DNA of 64,000 nucleotides from Octopus vulgaris (GCA_951406725.2 OX597823.1:85126001-85190000); one strand, 5' to 3'. Shown: positions 40,711 through 54,243, counted from the stretch's first letter. The notes: a model not told the origin generated them from the letters alone. Numbers and translations are program-made.

Positions 40711-41551
40711 ACTTCTTTTTTCTTCTTTCAAATTTGCTTCCATTTCTTGCCGAGTGTCTTCCCGACTCCTAGGGCAAAGAAACTCATAGTATACATTGGT
40801 AGGCCATTAAACCAAACTCAATAGTTCGTTCATTTTTTTTAATTTTTTTTTTTTTTAAAGTTAAATTAAAATACATGAGCAGCAACAGTTCTCACATCGA
40901 CAATGCTCTTCTCAATATGTGTGATGTACCAGTTAAGACAATCTTTTGCACTTCTTGCAGGGATGGTAAGCCAGGGATCATTCTCATATAATTTTCGGTT
41001 CCCTTCTTTATCATTCCTAGTGCTCCTACGATCACTGGTATTGTAACCGCCTTGAGATGCCACATTTTCTCAATTTCAATGAGTAGGTCTTTATATTTTC
41101 TGAGCTTGTCAAACTCTTTCGCTGAGATATTATGATCACGGGGGATGCTCATGTCGATCAATAAGCAAACTTTATTGTTTTGGTCTTTCACAACAATATC
41201 TGGTTTATTGGCCTTGATGGTTCGGTCTGTATGTACTGGAAAGACCCACAGAATGGTTACATTTTCTCCTTCAGTTACAGCCTCAGGGTGGTGATTATAC
41301 CACTTGTCGGCAGTTTTGATATTGTAATGCCGACTTATTAGCCAGTGGAGATATTGGCCAACTCTATCATGTCTTAATTTATACTCCACTGGTGCTAAGA
41401 CTTTACATCCAGAGATTAGGTGGTCCACTGTTTCAATCATGTCGTTGCAGAATCGGCATTTTGGGTCTGCTCCATTTTTCATCACATTGGCCTGGTAGTT
41501 CCGGGTTAATAGGCTTTGATCTTGAGCAGCCAGGATGAAACCTTCGCTGTC
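40711..41551 (-). mobile_element. 5'-truncated R4/Dong-clade LINE (CCHC plus restriction-like endonuclease) inserted in (TAA)n
   Basis: Open 197-aa ORF: CRFC...ETVDHLISGC..YKLRHD..ANKPDIVV..LIDMSIP..K..KY.DL..PVIVGALG; upstream EGFILAAQDQSL motif; (TTA)n on both flanks. Confidence 0.92.
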
Positions 41552-41607
<56 letters not shown>

Positions 41608-41619
41608 ATTATTATTATT

Positions 41620-41890
41620 AGGGCGGTTCGCTGGCAGATTCATTAGCACGCGGGGCTAAACTGTTTACTGGCATTACGTCCATCATTACGTTCTGAGTTC
41701 AAATTAAGTACTAGTCAGGTACTCAGGTCGACGCACTCGACTTCCCCCCTCTCGCCAAAATTAAAAAGCAAAATTTTAGACCTTGTGCCCATAATAGAAT
41801 TATCATTAAGGCGGCGAGTGGGAAACACAAGCCAGACAAACTACTTTACGGTATTTTTTCCGTCTTTATGTTCTGAGTTCAAATACCGTT
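41620..41890 (+). mobile_element. Two decayed SINE-B pieces
   Basis: ggcggttcgctggcag..ttacgttctgagttcaaat and aaggcggcgag..tgttctgagttcaaat. Confidence 0.65.
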
Positions 41891-41937
41891 GATGATAATT
41901 ATGATGATGATGATGATGATGAAGATCACAACAGCAA

Positions 41938-42473
41938 TAAATGTCCTGATGCAGTAACAGGCAGTGGCTTTCATGGCTTCTCATCTTAATTGATTAGAAG
42001 TGTTATTATGTAGATTGTTTCGTCTTGAAATAAAAGACGGGCAACAGCGAATATTCTGTTCAATACCATAGATTTACTTGTCAGTTGTTTGACCATAACC
42101 AGTTGAGCATGTCCCTTAAATAGTGACGGAATGTGCATCTCTGATCACGAGCTGAAGTAGTGGGGGATAATCATTGCCATATATTCAGAGGAATTCTTTG
42201 GACTTTGGATAATTCACCTTTGGTAACAGGATGTTCAACATCCTTAAAAAACACTTACCCAGAGACCTTTTCTGAGAGATGTGCTACTCGACCTGAAGAA
42301 ATTTCAACCTGGGCCTCACCTGCATATTCATGCGCTGTTTATCTTGATATGAGATCACTAAGCCACGCGCATATGGTTGTGATGCATGTGCCTTATGAAA
42401 CCAGTAGTCATGATTAGTTTACTGGGCTTTTACCCCAGTCTGACTTTGATGGCATGCACTGCTCTCTCGCTCA
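41938..42473 (+). mobile_element. Probable non-autonomous element embedded in an (AAT)n/(GAT)n tract
   Basis: About 535 bp of higher-GC non-coding sequence with sharp borders onto trinucleotide repeats; single copy in this window. Confidence 0.4.
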
Positions 42474-42485
42474 ATAATAATAATG

Positions 42486-42531
<46 letters not shown>

Positions 42532-42582
42532 TAATATTAGTAGTAGTAGTGATAATAATAAAAATAATAATAATAGTAGTAG

Positions 42583-42613
<31 letters not shown>

Positions 42614-42636
42614 TAATAATAATAATAATAATGATG

Positions 42637-42694
<58 letters not shown>

Positions 42695-43270
42695 GAAGAA
42701 GAAGAAGAAGAAGAAGAACAAGAAGAACAAGAAGAAGAAGAGCAACAACAACAACAACAATAGTAATAAAACCTTTAGTCAAATGGTAGGCTACGTTTGT
42801 TAACCATGAAATGGATATTACATGGTTAACAGCGATTGAATATTTTGAGATCTCTATAATATGTCAATGACAAGAAATGATAAATGCATATCTGTTGTGC
42901 TTCTTCGTTCTAGAATTTAAACTTCCTCAGCGGCCTGAATCGATCAAGATTTTATTGTATGTCTTACGAAACTTGGGGGACACACAATATATATATATAT
43001 TTTATAATTATGAATATAATTATAATTAGTGTTCAGCAAAAGTTTTCTTCACCACATACCGAAATTTAGAAATAGCAGTTAAAACTATTATTTTTTCGCG
43101 ACCACAAGAAAACTCCCAGACAGCGATACTCAACAACCCACGCAGGTAAAGACAAAAAAAATAACCAATCCACCCGACTCTGATTAACTGTATACGCGTT
43201 TCGGATTTAGAGAGATGTGAAAAATGTAAAAGTCATATATCTACTCACCCATTAATTAATTTTACCCATT

Positions 43271-43331
<61 letters not shown>

Positions 43332-44659
43332 TTATTTATTTATATATATATGTATATACTTTTAACAAAAGTCAGGATGAGTGGCGTACAGTTACTCAAT
43401 AAATGAAAAATGCATTTAATACTACAGAACGTACACGTAGGACAGACACAGAAGGACCTTAATTCTTCATCAGTAACGGACCAAATTTACTAATACTAAG
43501 TTTCAGTTTCATGCCTTTAACGATAAGACTGAGAACCTCGTATATCGACAGTACCCGCAAGATTTCCTTAGAATTAGGGATCGAGCAAAGAAGACAATAC
43601 GGGGTGGACGTAGGAAAGTAAACAAATGTAGTTTGAAAGAATAGACGCAGACAGAAGAAATACAGGCTTGTGGCCAAACGCGAGAGTGATGGGTTAAGCC
43701 TGGAAGAAATCTTCGATGGATATAAAAATAGGAATCGTAAGGGAGGAGAAAATGTTGATGGGCAAGCTAAGCGTCCGGTGGTGAAAAGGCAGAGATCAGA
43801 AAATTAGTCACGAGTCACGTGTGGGCTGTAGATAGAAGGGAAGGAGGCACGTATGTGTTGTGCGTGTAAGTGCTTGCACGTGTGTGTGTGTGTGTGTGTT
43901 TGAGTTTCGCGTATGTTTGTGTGTTTCTGTATGTGTGTTTTGAAAATGGCGTGCATTCCAAAATTAGCAGCAGTGCTGAAATAAAGCTATTTCAATGCAA
44001 CACACTTCCCAGATTTTTTTTTCAACGACCTCACTAATATTCCGCATTAAAAAATAAAAAACGAACGAACGAAAGGAAAGAAAGGAGAATTTTGTAAACG
44101 AAAACCCTTAATGCAAATAAATGATCTCAGTTGTTCCACTTATTTGAATTATTATAGTCGAAACAGTGTAAACTGTTATAATATATCAAAACGATATGGA
44201 GTGAATTTCAATATGAAGAGATTGTTAACTTTTAGTTTTCACGAACACCAAGGACTCATATTATTTCAATAAATTTCAGTAACTAAGTTTGAATGTTTCA
44301 CCTCATAATTATTTTTCCTTAATTATTGGAAAGGCTGTTTATGAAGCAACATTAATTAGAGACAACTGAATTTGTATTTCACAAAGTTCGACTAAACTAA
44401 AATGTTAGCATGTCAGATAAATTCGTATTTTTTTTTTGTAGTTTATTTTAATATTTTTACTGTTACTTGCATTAATTCAAACAATATGTTTTTATGTTAG
44501 TTTTCAATTTATTTCTTTTTGTAATTCTATTCTCCCACAAAATTTGTAAATCGTTTCTAAAATTTGAATAAACTGTACCTTTTATCAGTTACATGACAAT
44601 GAGGGGCCATGGAGTAAAAAAGAAAAAAATGAAAACGAACGAATTTATCTTACAAACTG

Positions 44660-45090
44660 CTTTGAGGCATTTCGTCAGTTTTTACGTTCTGAGTTCAAAC
44701 TCCGCCGAGGTTGACTTCACCTTTCATCCTTTCGAAGTCGATAAATTAAGTACCAGTTGCGTACTGGTGTTGATCTAATCGACTGGACCCTCTTCAAAAA
44801 TTTCGAGCATTGTGCCTAGAGTAGAAAAGAGTTTATCTGATAAACTCAATAGCTATGAATATGATTTCTTTATATAAACACAAAATTCTCAGGATATTGG
44901 TTTCAAATTTTGGTACAAAAACAGCAGTTTCGGGGTAGGTGGTGAATCGATTATATCGACCCCATTGTTTAACCACACCGAAAGTATAAAACCATAAAGT
45001 CAGCCGAATATGAACTCAGGAAATATAGACAGAGGAAACGCCGGTAAGCATTTTGCTCGCTCGGTAACGATTCTGCCAGTAAACCGCTAT
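44660..45090. mobile_element. Tail-to-tail pair of SINE-B copies (44660-44830 on +, 44895-45090 on -)
   Basis: tacgttctgagttcaaactccgccgagg... on +; ttctgccag and tcgattatatcgacccc on -. Confidence 0.75.
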
Positions 45091-45402
45091 AAACATTCGC
45101 ACTATATTACACAGATATTGTGTATTGCAGATTCGACAGAGAAATATGAGAGAGCAGAATATCTTGTATAATATTTACAACAGCTTTGCAGCGTAAATAC
45201 TATTCTTTCAAGTTTATATTTGAAGATTTTCGGAGGGATTTTTTTGTCACATGGGTGTTGAATGAGTAAACTTACACACATACATATGTACATACGTATG
45301 TGTGTGTGTGCGTGTGTGTGTGTGTGCGTGTGCGTGAATGTGTGTGAGCGTGTGTGTGCATGAGTGTGTGTGTACGTGTGTGTACGTGTACGTGAATATA
45401 TG

Positions 45403-45464
<62 letters not shown>

Positions 45465-45666
45465 TGCTACAAAAAGAAAATTTAATATACACGTGGATAT
45501 GTAAGGGGAAAATAAGAAAAATCAAATGCACATTGTAAATTTTAAAAAAAAGGCATTTATTGAAAGGTAACGACAGATATATACATTTAGATGGACTGAG
45601 GTAGTAATAAAAGTCATTATTATGAGATGATTAAAAAGTCAGAAAGCAGAGCATACCATGGTTTCG

Positions 45667-45708
<42 letters not shown>

Positions 45709-46463
45709 GTGTGTCTGTGCGCACGAAATTCTCAGAGAATTGTGATTGAGATAGCTACGAAATCAGACCACTGAAGGCCAGTGTGGCAAAGTCTATTGTA
45801 GCGTATTGTATGAAACTACGTTTTATTTGGGAAGTCATTCCTTTGTATTTTGTTATGACAAGAAATTTCTGTTTTTTTATTTTTACTTTAATTGATGCTG
45901 TGTTCAAAATATTTCCGAAACAAATTTCAGACCCCAAAAAATGAATTGCATCCAAACGGTACCTGAACAAATTATTCCATAAAATTGTGGACATACAACT
46001 GATACACCGAAACGGACACCTTTCAGGAAATAGTTGCTTACCCGAGTGCGCAAAATGCCCTAAACACAACTTAAGTGTCTACTCAGGCGATGGATGCTAT
46101 AACAGTAGAGTTAGCCTGAGCCAACATTAGTCCAAGCGTGTTGTAATGGACACGGGTGGTTTGTGTGTCACATTACTAGCTAGAGGCGATGGCCTCTTGG
46201 AGCTAATCAACGGCAGCATTTGTCTTATTCATCTGGACTGCCATGTTAGCCTGGCGACAACTATTAATAACCAGTACTGCTGTCGGAGTCTTCTATAGAG
46301 AGATGTAGAAATAATAATATTTCTATTTTTGAAAACGTGTGGATGTGTTCTACTGAATATGCATAAACCTTCGAACTGGCAGTCAACTGCGACGCCAGCT
46401 GCGCTCGGCTACTTCACATTGAGGACGGGCAAATACTCCGAAACTAATCTTTGGGTGCTTATG

Positions 46464-46503
<40 letters not shown>

Positions 46504-46849
46504 CATACGCAAGCATATATATTTGCATGCATGTATATTTTGTGGGTATCTTTTTTTGTGGTTGACCACTAACCTGTTTGTCAAACGCTGAGGATTTGTT
46601 TACGTCCTCATAAATATATATTCAACGTATATACACATACGTATCTATCTATCTGTGTGTATATGTATTAACGTATATCTCTCTCTATCTCTATCAACCT
46701 AACTCTGTCTCTCTCTCGTTCTCTCTCCCTCTTTATATACATACATGCATACATACATATATATATATGTGTGTGTATCAATTTTTTATTCATTCGCAAA
46801 CACTCATGCACACATGCATATCTACGAATTCATGTACGCATATGTGCGT

Positions 46850-47127
46850 GTGTGTGTGTGTGTGTTTATATAGGTGTGCTTGTTTGTTGTGTTTACGTTT
46901 GACGCCACTGTCACACCTTGAAAATCGGTGTTGGCTTGTTTACTTTCCCATAAGTACATATGCTACTGTTTCGGTAAAACGGAACGAATAGAATGCGTAA
47001 TAGGACATGTCCTACGTAATAGGACATGAGAATGATTAGTAGATAGATTCGTTCAACTAAATTCTTCAAGATCGTGCCCCTGTATGGCCGCAGTCCAATA
47101 ACTAAAACAAGTAAAGAGTTAAAAAGG
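46850..47127 (+). mobile_element. SINE-A 3' half
   Basis: cttgaaaatcggtgttggcttgtttac...tatggccgcagtccaataactaaaacaagtaaagag. Confidence 0.65.
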
Positions 47128-49427
47128 ATGTTTGCTTATATTTTGCTATTTTTTCTGTTTTTACTTCCATGGCCCTTCTAGCTTTTGCTAACTTCTGTAC
47201 CTACCTTCTGTACCTCACCCTACTACCCTGCTTCTGCCTCCGAATATCTTTCAGTATTGTTACACGCCGGGGGGTTGAACGGACAAGCTACATTTGTTTC
47301 GGTGTTCATTCATGCAAAAAATTTTAAAAAGTGTGAAATGTTAGCCGAAAACACTATAGTTCGCTTTTGTGACGAGGTGTCACTGGAAATTTAAAGGCAC
47401 AATATCGCATTGATGAAAAATTTGCACGATAGCGCAATGCCTCTCTCAAAGTTAATCCACCGAAAAGAATCTGTTAAAGGAAATTTCCAACCAGGCGAAA
47501 ATTTGGATAAAAGCTTGTGAGCACCAGTAAAAATTTCGTTGATATTATCATCCGGTAAAATATTGTACGGCTTTTTGTCGGTTGTATTATTCCCCTTGAA
47601 GAACAAAGAGAGGGTCAGCAGGTGGGTATGTTTTCCTTGTCCAGTATCAGCTTTGACAGGCGCATGCTTAGCTGACAGCTTTTACACACGCGTGTAAGCA
47701 AACACATACAGACACATACACGGCCGCAAGTACATAAACATCGACACATACACACACGCACGCTCACAATATCTAACCAACCGGCCAACCAACCAACCGA
47801 CCACCAACACACCAAATGTTTACAGTTGTTTGCTTTCGTTCATTAACTTTATTGAAGAGTACTTTCGACATTGACACGTTTGGATAGAATAAGAGATTAG
47901 ACTTGTTTCGTTTAGAGAAAAGAGAGTGCTGTTAGCAAATGCATCCGCCAAAGTGAGAACAACGAATTTGAATGAAATAAATTGTATTAGAGAATAAAAT
48001 AGCAAGTGAAACGAAAGCAAGTAAAATATTTGGCAACATTAATTCATACACGAAAGAAGCATATGAAACTAGAAAACGGATGAAAAAGACAGAATAAAGC
48101 AGACGATGTTAAATCCGAGGAAGAATAGAATAAACTGAAAGAATTATAAGGAAGTGTTAGCGGGAATATGAGAAACAACATAGAATTTGTATAGTTTCTT
48201 GGGTTCATTAACATGAGAGAATCTAACTTTTGTCGAGCAAATGCGATTTTATATGTTACTCAAATGGAAAAATATTTTCCATATAAACCAAAAGTGTCTG
48301 AACGAGTATGCCACTTTTATCAATTTGATAATGGCTTTTTCTCGGGACAATAGCAAGCTGTCAATTAGTTTGTGTTTGTCAATGACCCTTTTTTCTCTTT
48401 CTTTTATTTCACTTATTTTCTTTCAAACGTCTGCAACTCCAAAATGGTTTCTACCTTCCAATATAATTTAATCTCTATGTATTTTTTTTTTTACTTTCTC
48501 TTTCCAAAAAAAAAATATTATTTTTTTCAACATTTGAAAGGTTTTTCAATATTTCATATTGATAAAAAATGCAAGAATGTCAGAAGGTAAAACTTGAAAT
48601 ATCAATACTGAATAAGCATTTATTCTGTAGACAATAAATAAATAAATTAGAACCTATAGTACAGGAAGCTTTGATAAATGAATAGTTTAGGCATTTCTGA
48701 GTGAATGATATGACATGTGCTGTAAGCCATATCTGATGGATAGCGAATCTTTTAGAGATAATTGGCAAAATCCGACGAAATCTGTACGAAAAATGATAAA
48801 AACAAAATGGCGAGGAAAATGAACAGCAGCAACTGCTGACATCTAGCGTTGATTGAATGTTAGAAGGGATTATATCTTTTATTTTTTGTTAGAATCGAAC
48901 TATTGTATTTAAAATGTTGAATCAACTTTCTTTTCTCTCCTCCAATCTCCTTTCCTCCTTCTCTCTCTCTCTTAATATTTCATTTGATTTTTCAATATCT
49001 TTAATTTGATTGTACGCTGAAGAGGAATTGTAAATGCAGGACATTGATGAAAAATAATTTGTTATGATTTCTAACTGACAGAATCTTTTACATTAAGTTG
49101 GCTATAACAATGAGCTTATGCGTCTTTGTTCTTCTTATCAAAATTAGACATGGCCCCTACATGTTTGATTGACGTTTAATCTCATTTACTTTAACATGCA
49201 CAACCAGCAATGTGTTTCACTTCAGTGTACACGACCATATTGTTTGACAGGTCAGAACAGCTTAGAAATGTGACTCTTGTAATTTTGTTAAAACCTGGAG
49301 GATGGCGAGAATAAACACATAAACGCATGTAAGCTACCAAATGTGAAAACGACACCGAAGTGTGAATTGTCTTGTAAAAAGATAGATAGAACATTGAAAC
49401 ATAAACAAATCAATGAAAGAAATTCAA

Positions 49428-49508
<81 letters not shown>

Positions 49509-50053
49509 TAATATATATATGCGACTCTACTCTATACTTTTTCTCCCCATCTTTCTCGAATTCCCTTTTTCTCCCCTTCACTGTTTTCTATGTCTCTCTC
49601 TCTCCCACTTTCTCTTCTTCTCTCCCTCGTTGCTCACGTGTGACCATCGTCAACATTTCTTTTCCTTCAACATTTCTTTTCCTTCAGGACGTCCTAAGGA
49701 ATGGACGTCCTAAGGACTGGACGTCTTCTATCTCTTTCTCCTATCTTTTCTCTTCTCAAAGAAAATATTTCTGTAGCGTCTGCTATTTTACCCTCGTTCT
49801 GGTGTAACGACCCTCCATGCTTGTTTTCATTCGGTTTGCCTGTCTGACTCCACTTTCTTGTTTTTATTCCCAACTCTGACCCTCCATAAATCCAAAATTT
49901 TATTTTGGTATTTATGGGAGCAACTGTCTTCGAAGACTCATTCTCATTCATTGCTCGAAATGAAGAGCGGATAGACAGCCAACAAGTGATGAAGGGTCGT
50001 TCTTTGTGTTACTTGTCCATTTTTTCATTTTTCTCTCGTTGTTTACGTATTTA

Positions 50054-51998
50054 GTTAGTTAGTTAGGTAAATTTTGGCTCAAAAAGCAAGGCCATGTAGG
50101 GGGACACGGAGTTATGTTACAGGGTGGTATTCATGTAAAGAGTTCAGGTCACTTGTGGTCAAGAGAGACTTTGAACCGAGTGGTCGTCCGGCATATTCAA
50201 CATCTCGTCCGGCAGCTTATTCCACGGATCCGCAACCCGGACGGAGAAAGCTCCTCTCCTTCGATTGAGATGAAATCGTTGCAGATAGAGCTTTTCGGAG
50301 TGACCCAGCAGCCGACGCTCTGGAGCAGGAGTGAAGAACAGCTCTTTCGAGAGGTTACACTTTCCGCTTATGATGTCGTGAGCAAGAATGAGACCACCAC
50401 GGCGTCGTCGTTTTTCTACAGAATAACGGTCGAGCGTCTTCAGCCTTTCTTCCTAAGACAAATTCTTGAGACCAAGAACCATGCGGGTTACCAGCTTCTG
50501 GACTCTTTCGAGACGCTGTATGTCTTTGAGAAGATAAGGAGAAGAGGCTTGAATCCTGTACTCCAATATGGGTCTCATCAGCGTGACATAGAGTCGTAGG
50601 AATATGGCTGCTGCGAGCATTCCGAATGACCGGCGAATCAAGAACAGAACTCCACGTGCTTTGTTGGCAGCATGGACGTACTGGGCCGAAGGCGAAAAGA
50701 AGGACTCCACCAAGATACCCAGGTCCTTTACCTGGTCGGTCCTCTCCAGCAGCTGACGACCCGGCTAGAAATCAAGTTGAGTTGCAGGAGGAGAGCCAAC
50801 AGGCAGATGACAGCACTTTGACACGTTCAGACACAGGTCCCATTCGTTAGACCATCTCCAAATTTGGTGGAGGCATCGACGAAGATCCTCTGTATCACCG
50901 CGAGGAGCGACCAGTTTGACATCGACGGCAAATAGAAGGGTGTGCTGCGTGAGGTCGTCGGGCAAGTCATTTATGAAGACTAAGAACAATAAGGGCCCAA
51001 GCACTGAACCTTGAGGCACGCCACTGCTCGCACTGGAGACATCGGGCAGCGAACCATTAACTTGGACTTGGAAGGAGCGATCATAGAGGAAGGCACCAAC
51101 CCATCGTACAATATCTGGATGGAAACTATATGCTTGAAGCTTGACAAGTAATAGGCGGTGGTTTACCGAGTCAAAAGCTTTGGAAAAGTCCAATAAAACG
51201 ATGTCAACAGCATCACCATCATCGATGATGCGCGTCACCAATTCTTCCATTACCAGTAAGTTGGTCAAGCATGATCTCTTCGGCACAAAGCCGTGTTGGG
51301 AATCAGAGATAGAGGCTGTGTTTTGGAGGTGGAGCATCATACTTTTCTTAAGGATGGTTTCGAACATCTTGCTGATTATTGAAGTAAGGGAAACCGGTCG
51401 GTAGTTAAGCGGGTTTTCGCGGCTCCCTCTCTTGAAAATTGGGCAGATTATCGCTGTTCTCCAGTCCGCAGGTATAACACTCCTCGCCAATGACATATTG
51501 AATAGACGTGTTAAAGGCTCGCAGATGACCGGAGCCAACGCTTTGATAACCCGTGGGTGTATGTCGTCAGGGCCGTGACCCTTGTTGACATCGAGGCCTT
51601 GAATAACGCGTGCGACTTCGTCCCGCGTGATGACCAATCGAAGCATTGGAGGTACCGATCTATCAAATGCAGGGGGTTTACGACCATCATCTTGTTTGAA
51701 ACTAGTTGAAAAAGCCTCGGCAAATAATTGACTCTGTTGATAAGGGTCCTCAATCGATACGCCTGTTGAGTCTACCAACGTTGCAATTTGGTTGTACAAG
51801 CGGGAATTCCGTTGGACATGGGCAAAGAAGGTTTATGGATTGCGACTGGCGTTTGCCGCGATTCTGTATTCATATCTGAAGCGTTCTTCCTTTTCAATTT
51901 TCACAGCTCGGTCTCGTTGAGTTTTGTACACCTCAAAAGCTGCAGTCGAATCTAGATTTTTGAATTCAGCCCAAGCAATATCTCTGAGTCGAAGTTCT
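50054..51998 (-). mobile_element. 5'-truncated CR1-clade LINE with near-complete RT domain and 8-bp TSD
   Basis: ORF 50765..51799: KGHGPDDI, WRTAIICPIFKRG, NYRPVSLTS, QHGF, DFSKAFDSV, GVPQGSVLGPLLF, FA(D>V)DVKL. (TAAC)n tail; TSD cgtattta at 50046-50053 and 51999-52006. Confidence 0.95.
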
Positions 51999-52319
51999 CG
52001 TATTTAACTCATTTGCTTTCGTATTTCCTGTCGTTTGCTGTTGGTGACGTCCTATGCCCATGCATAAAAAGGAAAAGCAAAGCACACTTACAATATGAAA
52101 TATTCTATAGAGATCAACGGGGTTGAAGATTCGTAATAAACTATTTATGGAATAAACAAATGTCGTTTTATATTCGATGCTAATTTCTTACACTAGTTGT
52201 TTTTGATGCTTTAACCATAGCAATTTTCTGTTTTTATAATATCCCGCACTTGTTATCCTTTTCTACTCTAGGGACAAGGCTAAAAATGTTGGGCCTTGTA
52301 TCTATATATCCATCCATCT

Positions 52320-52385
<66 letters not shown>

Positions 52386-52438
52386 TATATATGAATATAT
52401 ATATAAATATACGTATATGTACATATTTTCATATATAC

Positions 52439-52489
<51 letters not shown>

Positions 52490-52497
<8 letters not shown>

Positions 52498-52680
52498 TAT
52501 CTGGGCACATGACGCCATGAAACGTGGACAACAAAAAAGTACGAAGCACGAGTACATGGAACAAACTATTCTTTCGAACAACGTAAGGCACAAATAGGAA
52601 GCAAAACAAATAACATAAAGAACGACTCCTCATCAGCTGTTGGCTGTTTTTCTAGTCTCGTATTTCGAGCAGTTATGTAT
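52490..52680 (-). mobile_element. Repeat related to the element interrupted by the CR1 (49950-50045 plus 52007-52070)
   Basis: aaagaacgactcctcatcagctgttggctgt...atttcgagc is inverted to gctcgaaat...acagccaacaagtgatgaagggtcgttcttt at about 49953-50005. Confidence 0.6.
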
Positions 52681-52706
52681 ATACACATAAACACATATAT
52701 ACATAT

Positions 52707-53080
52707 GAATTTTTGTTGCAAGATTCCTGATGTGAAACCATGTGTTGAAACAAGTAACGTTTTATATCGGGACGGTCATTTTTATTTAACCAAATAAACA
52801 CACGCACTGTATATTCGTTCTCCAAACGTTTATTAGTACTGTTCTTATTTTAGCTCAATACGCATCTATGGCTTCTTCAGCGACTAAGCGGAGCCGGAGC
52901 ACACACAAGGATGGTAAGTGTCACTGAAGAGGTCAAAGATGTGTGACGAAAGACCTCCGGAAAATGGACATGTATTAAAATAAGAGCAATAATAAAGGAA
53001 TAATGAACGAATATACAGTACATGTGTTTATTTGGCAAAACACTGAAGGAAAATGACCATCCCGAAATTCAACAATACAT
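52707..53080. mobile_element. Older foldback Penelope-like element (same family as 53150-54251)
   Basis: Diverged inverted arms; right arm has CUGAAGA g guca..ugac GAAA; left arm aligns with 53160-53300. Confidence 0.7.
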
Positions 53081-53108
53081 GCATAGAAGTACATACACAG
53101 ACATAGAA

Positions 53109-53148
<40 letters not shown>

Positions 53149-53373
53149 GTTTAAATATTTGTTGTGCAAGATTTTTTATGTGAAGTCGTGTGTTGAAACA
53201 GATATTGTTATATTTCGGAATGGTCATATTGCCAGTTTAGCCAATAAAAACACACGCACTATATATTTGGTGTTATTTTGCTTCAGTGATATTTATTTTT
53301 TACATTAATCTTAATCTTATTTCGGCCAAAGTTCTTTCGTCACACTCCTGTGACCGCATCAGTGGTCCTTTGT

Positions 53374-53562
53374 TCGATTCTGTACCAACACGCCGAACAA
53401 GAACACGGGGGATCAATCAATAACATAGAGATTAAGATATTGTCCACACATAGAACAGATGCAACAATTAGACAAATTACAGAAGCTACACATATAATAG
53501 AAAATAAACCTAGCCTGAATAGAAAACTAGAATGGAGCAATAGCGCACACCACAACATATGA
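53374..53562 (+). pseudogene. C-terminal fragment of a Penelope GIY-YIG endonuclease
   Basis: [54 protein letters not shown] fits S.L..H....H...IL......R...EA..I....P.LN. Confidence 0.8.
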
Positions 53563-54084
53563 CAATAGTGGATCCTGCAAACATAATAAATACACAGGTA
53601 ATTAAAGAAATAGAAATGAATATCTATATATATGTATATGTGTATATATATGTATATGTATATGTGTATATATGTGTGTATATATGTATATATATATATA
53701 TATATATGTATATGTATATGTATGTATATATATATGTATATGTATATTCTTTTTTTTTTTTTTTTTTTTTTTCGATTAGATTTATTATTATTATTACTAA
53801 TATTGTTGTTATACATACATACAAGCATATGTAATGATAATAATGGGTGGATGTAAACACATGAATAAAATTAGAACAAAAGCAACAACAACAAAAACAA
53901 AATACAAATTACAAGAATGTATATAACCAGAAGATACAAATATTACAGGCATCCCCCCCACACACACTAAATAAACATAGACGCACATAGAGATATACGC
54001 ATGCGCAAATGAAGACATACAATAGAAATACAAAATGGCTGACGGTTAGTAAGGAGAGACACAAGTAAGTGAGAAGAAAACAAA

Positions 54085-54129
54085 GGACCACTGATGCGGT
54101 CACAGGAGTGTGACGAAAGAACTTTGGCC
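54085..54129 (+). ncRNA. Minimal hammerhead-like motif with A9-to-C core change (mirror copy at 53324-53368 on -)
   Basis: ggacca CUGAUGC g gucaca ggag ugugac GAAA gaac UU uggcc. Confidence 0.55.
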
Positions 54130-54243
54130 GAAATAAGATTAAGATTAATGTAAAAAATAAATATCACTGAAGCAAAATAACACCAAATATATAGTGCGTG
54201 TGTTTTTATTGGCTAAACTGGCAATATGACCATTCCGAAATAT

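Noticed and set aside
45597-45615. tgaggtagta, matching the first 10 nt of let-7
   Set aside because: The match stops after 10 nt and no precursor hairpin is evident.
52620-52672. Possible type II hammerhead (GAAA...CUGAUGA on the minus strand)
   Set aside because: Stems II and III could not be paired convincingly, and the related copy at about 49955 lacks the core.
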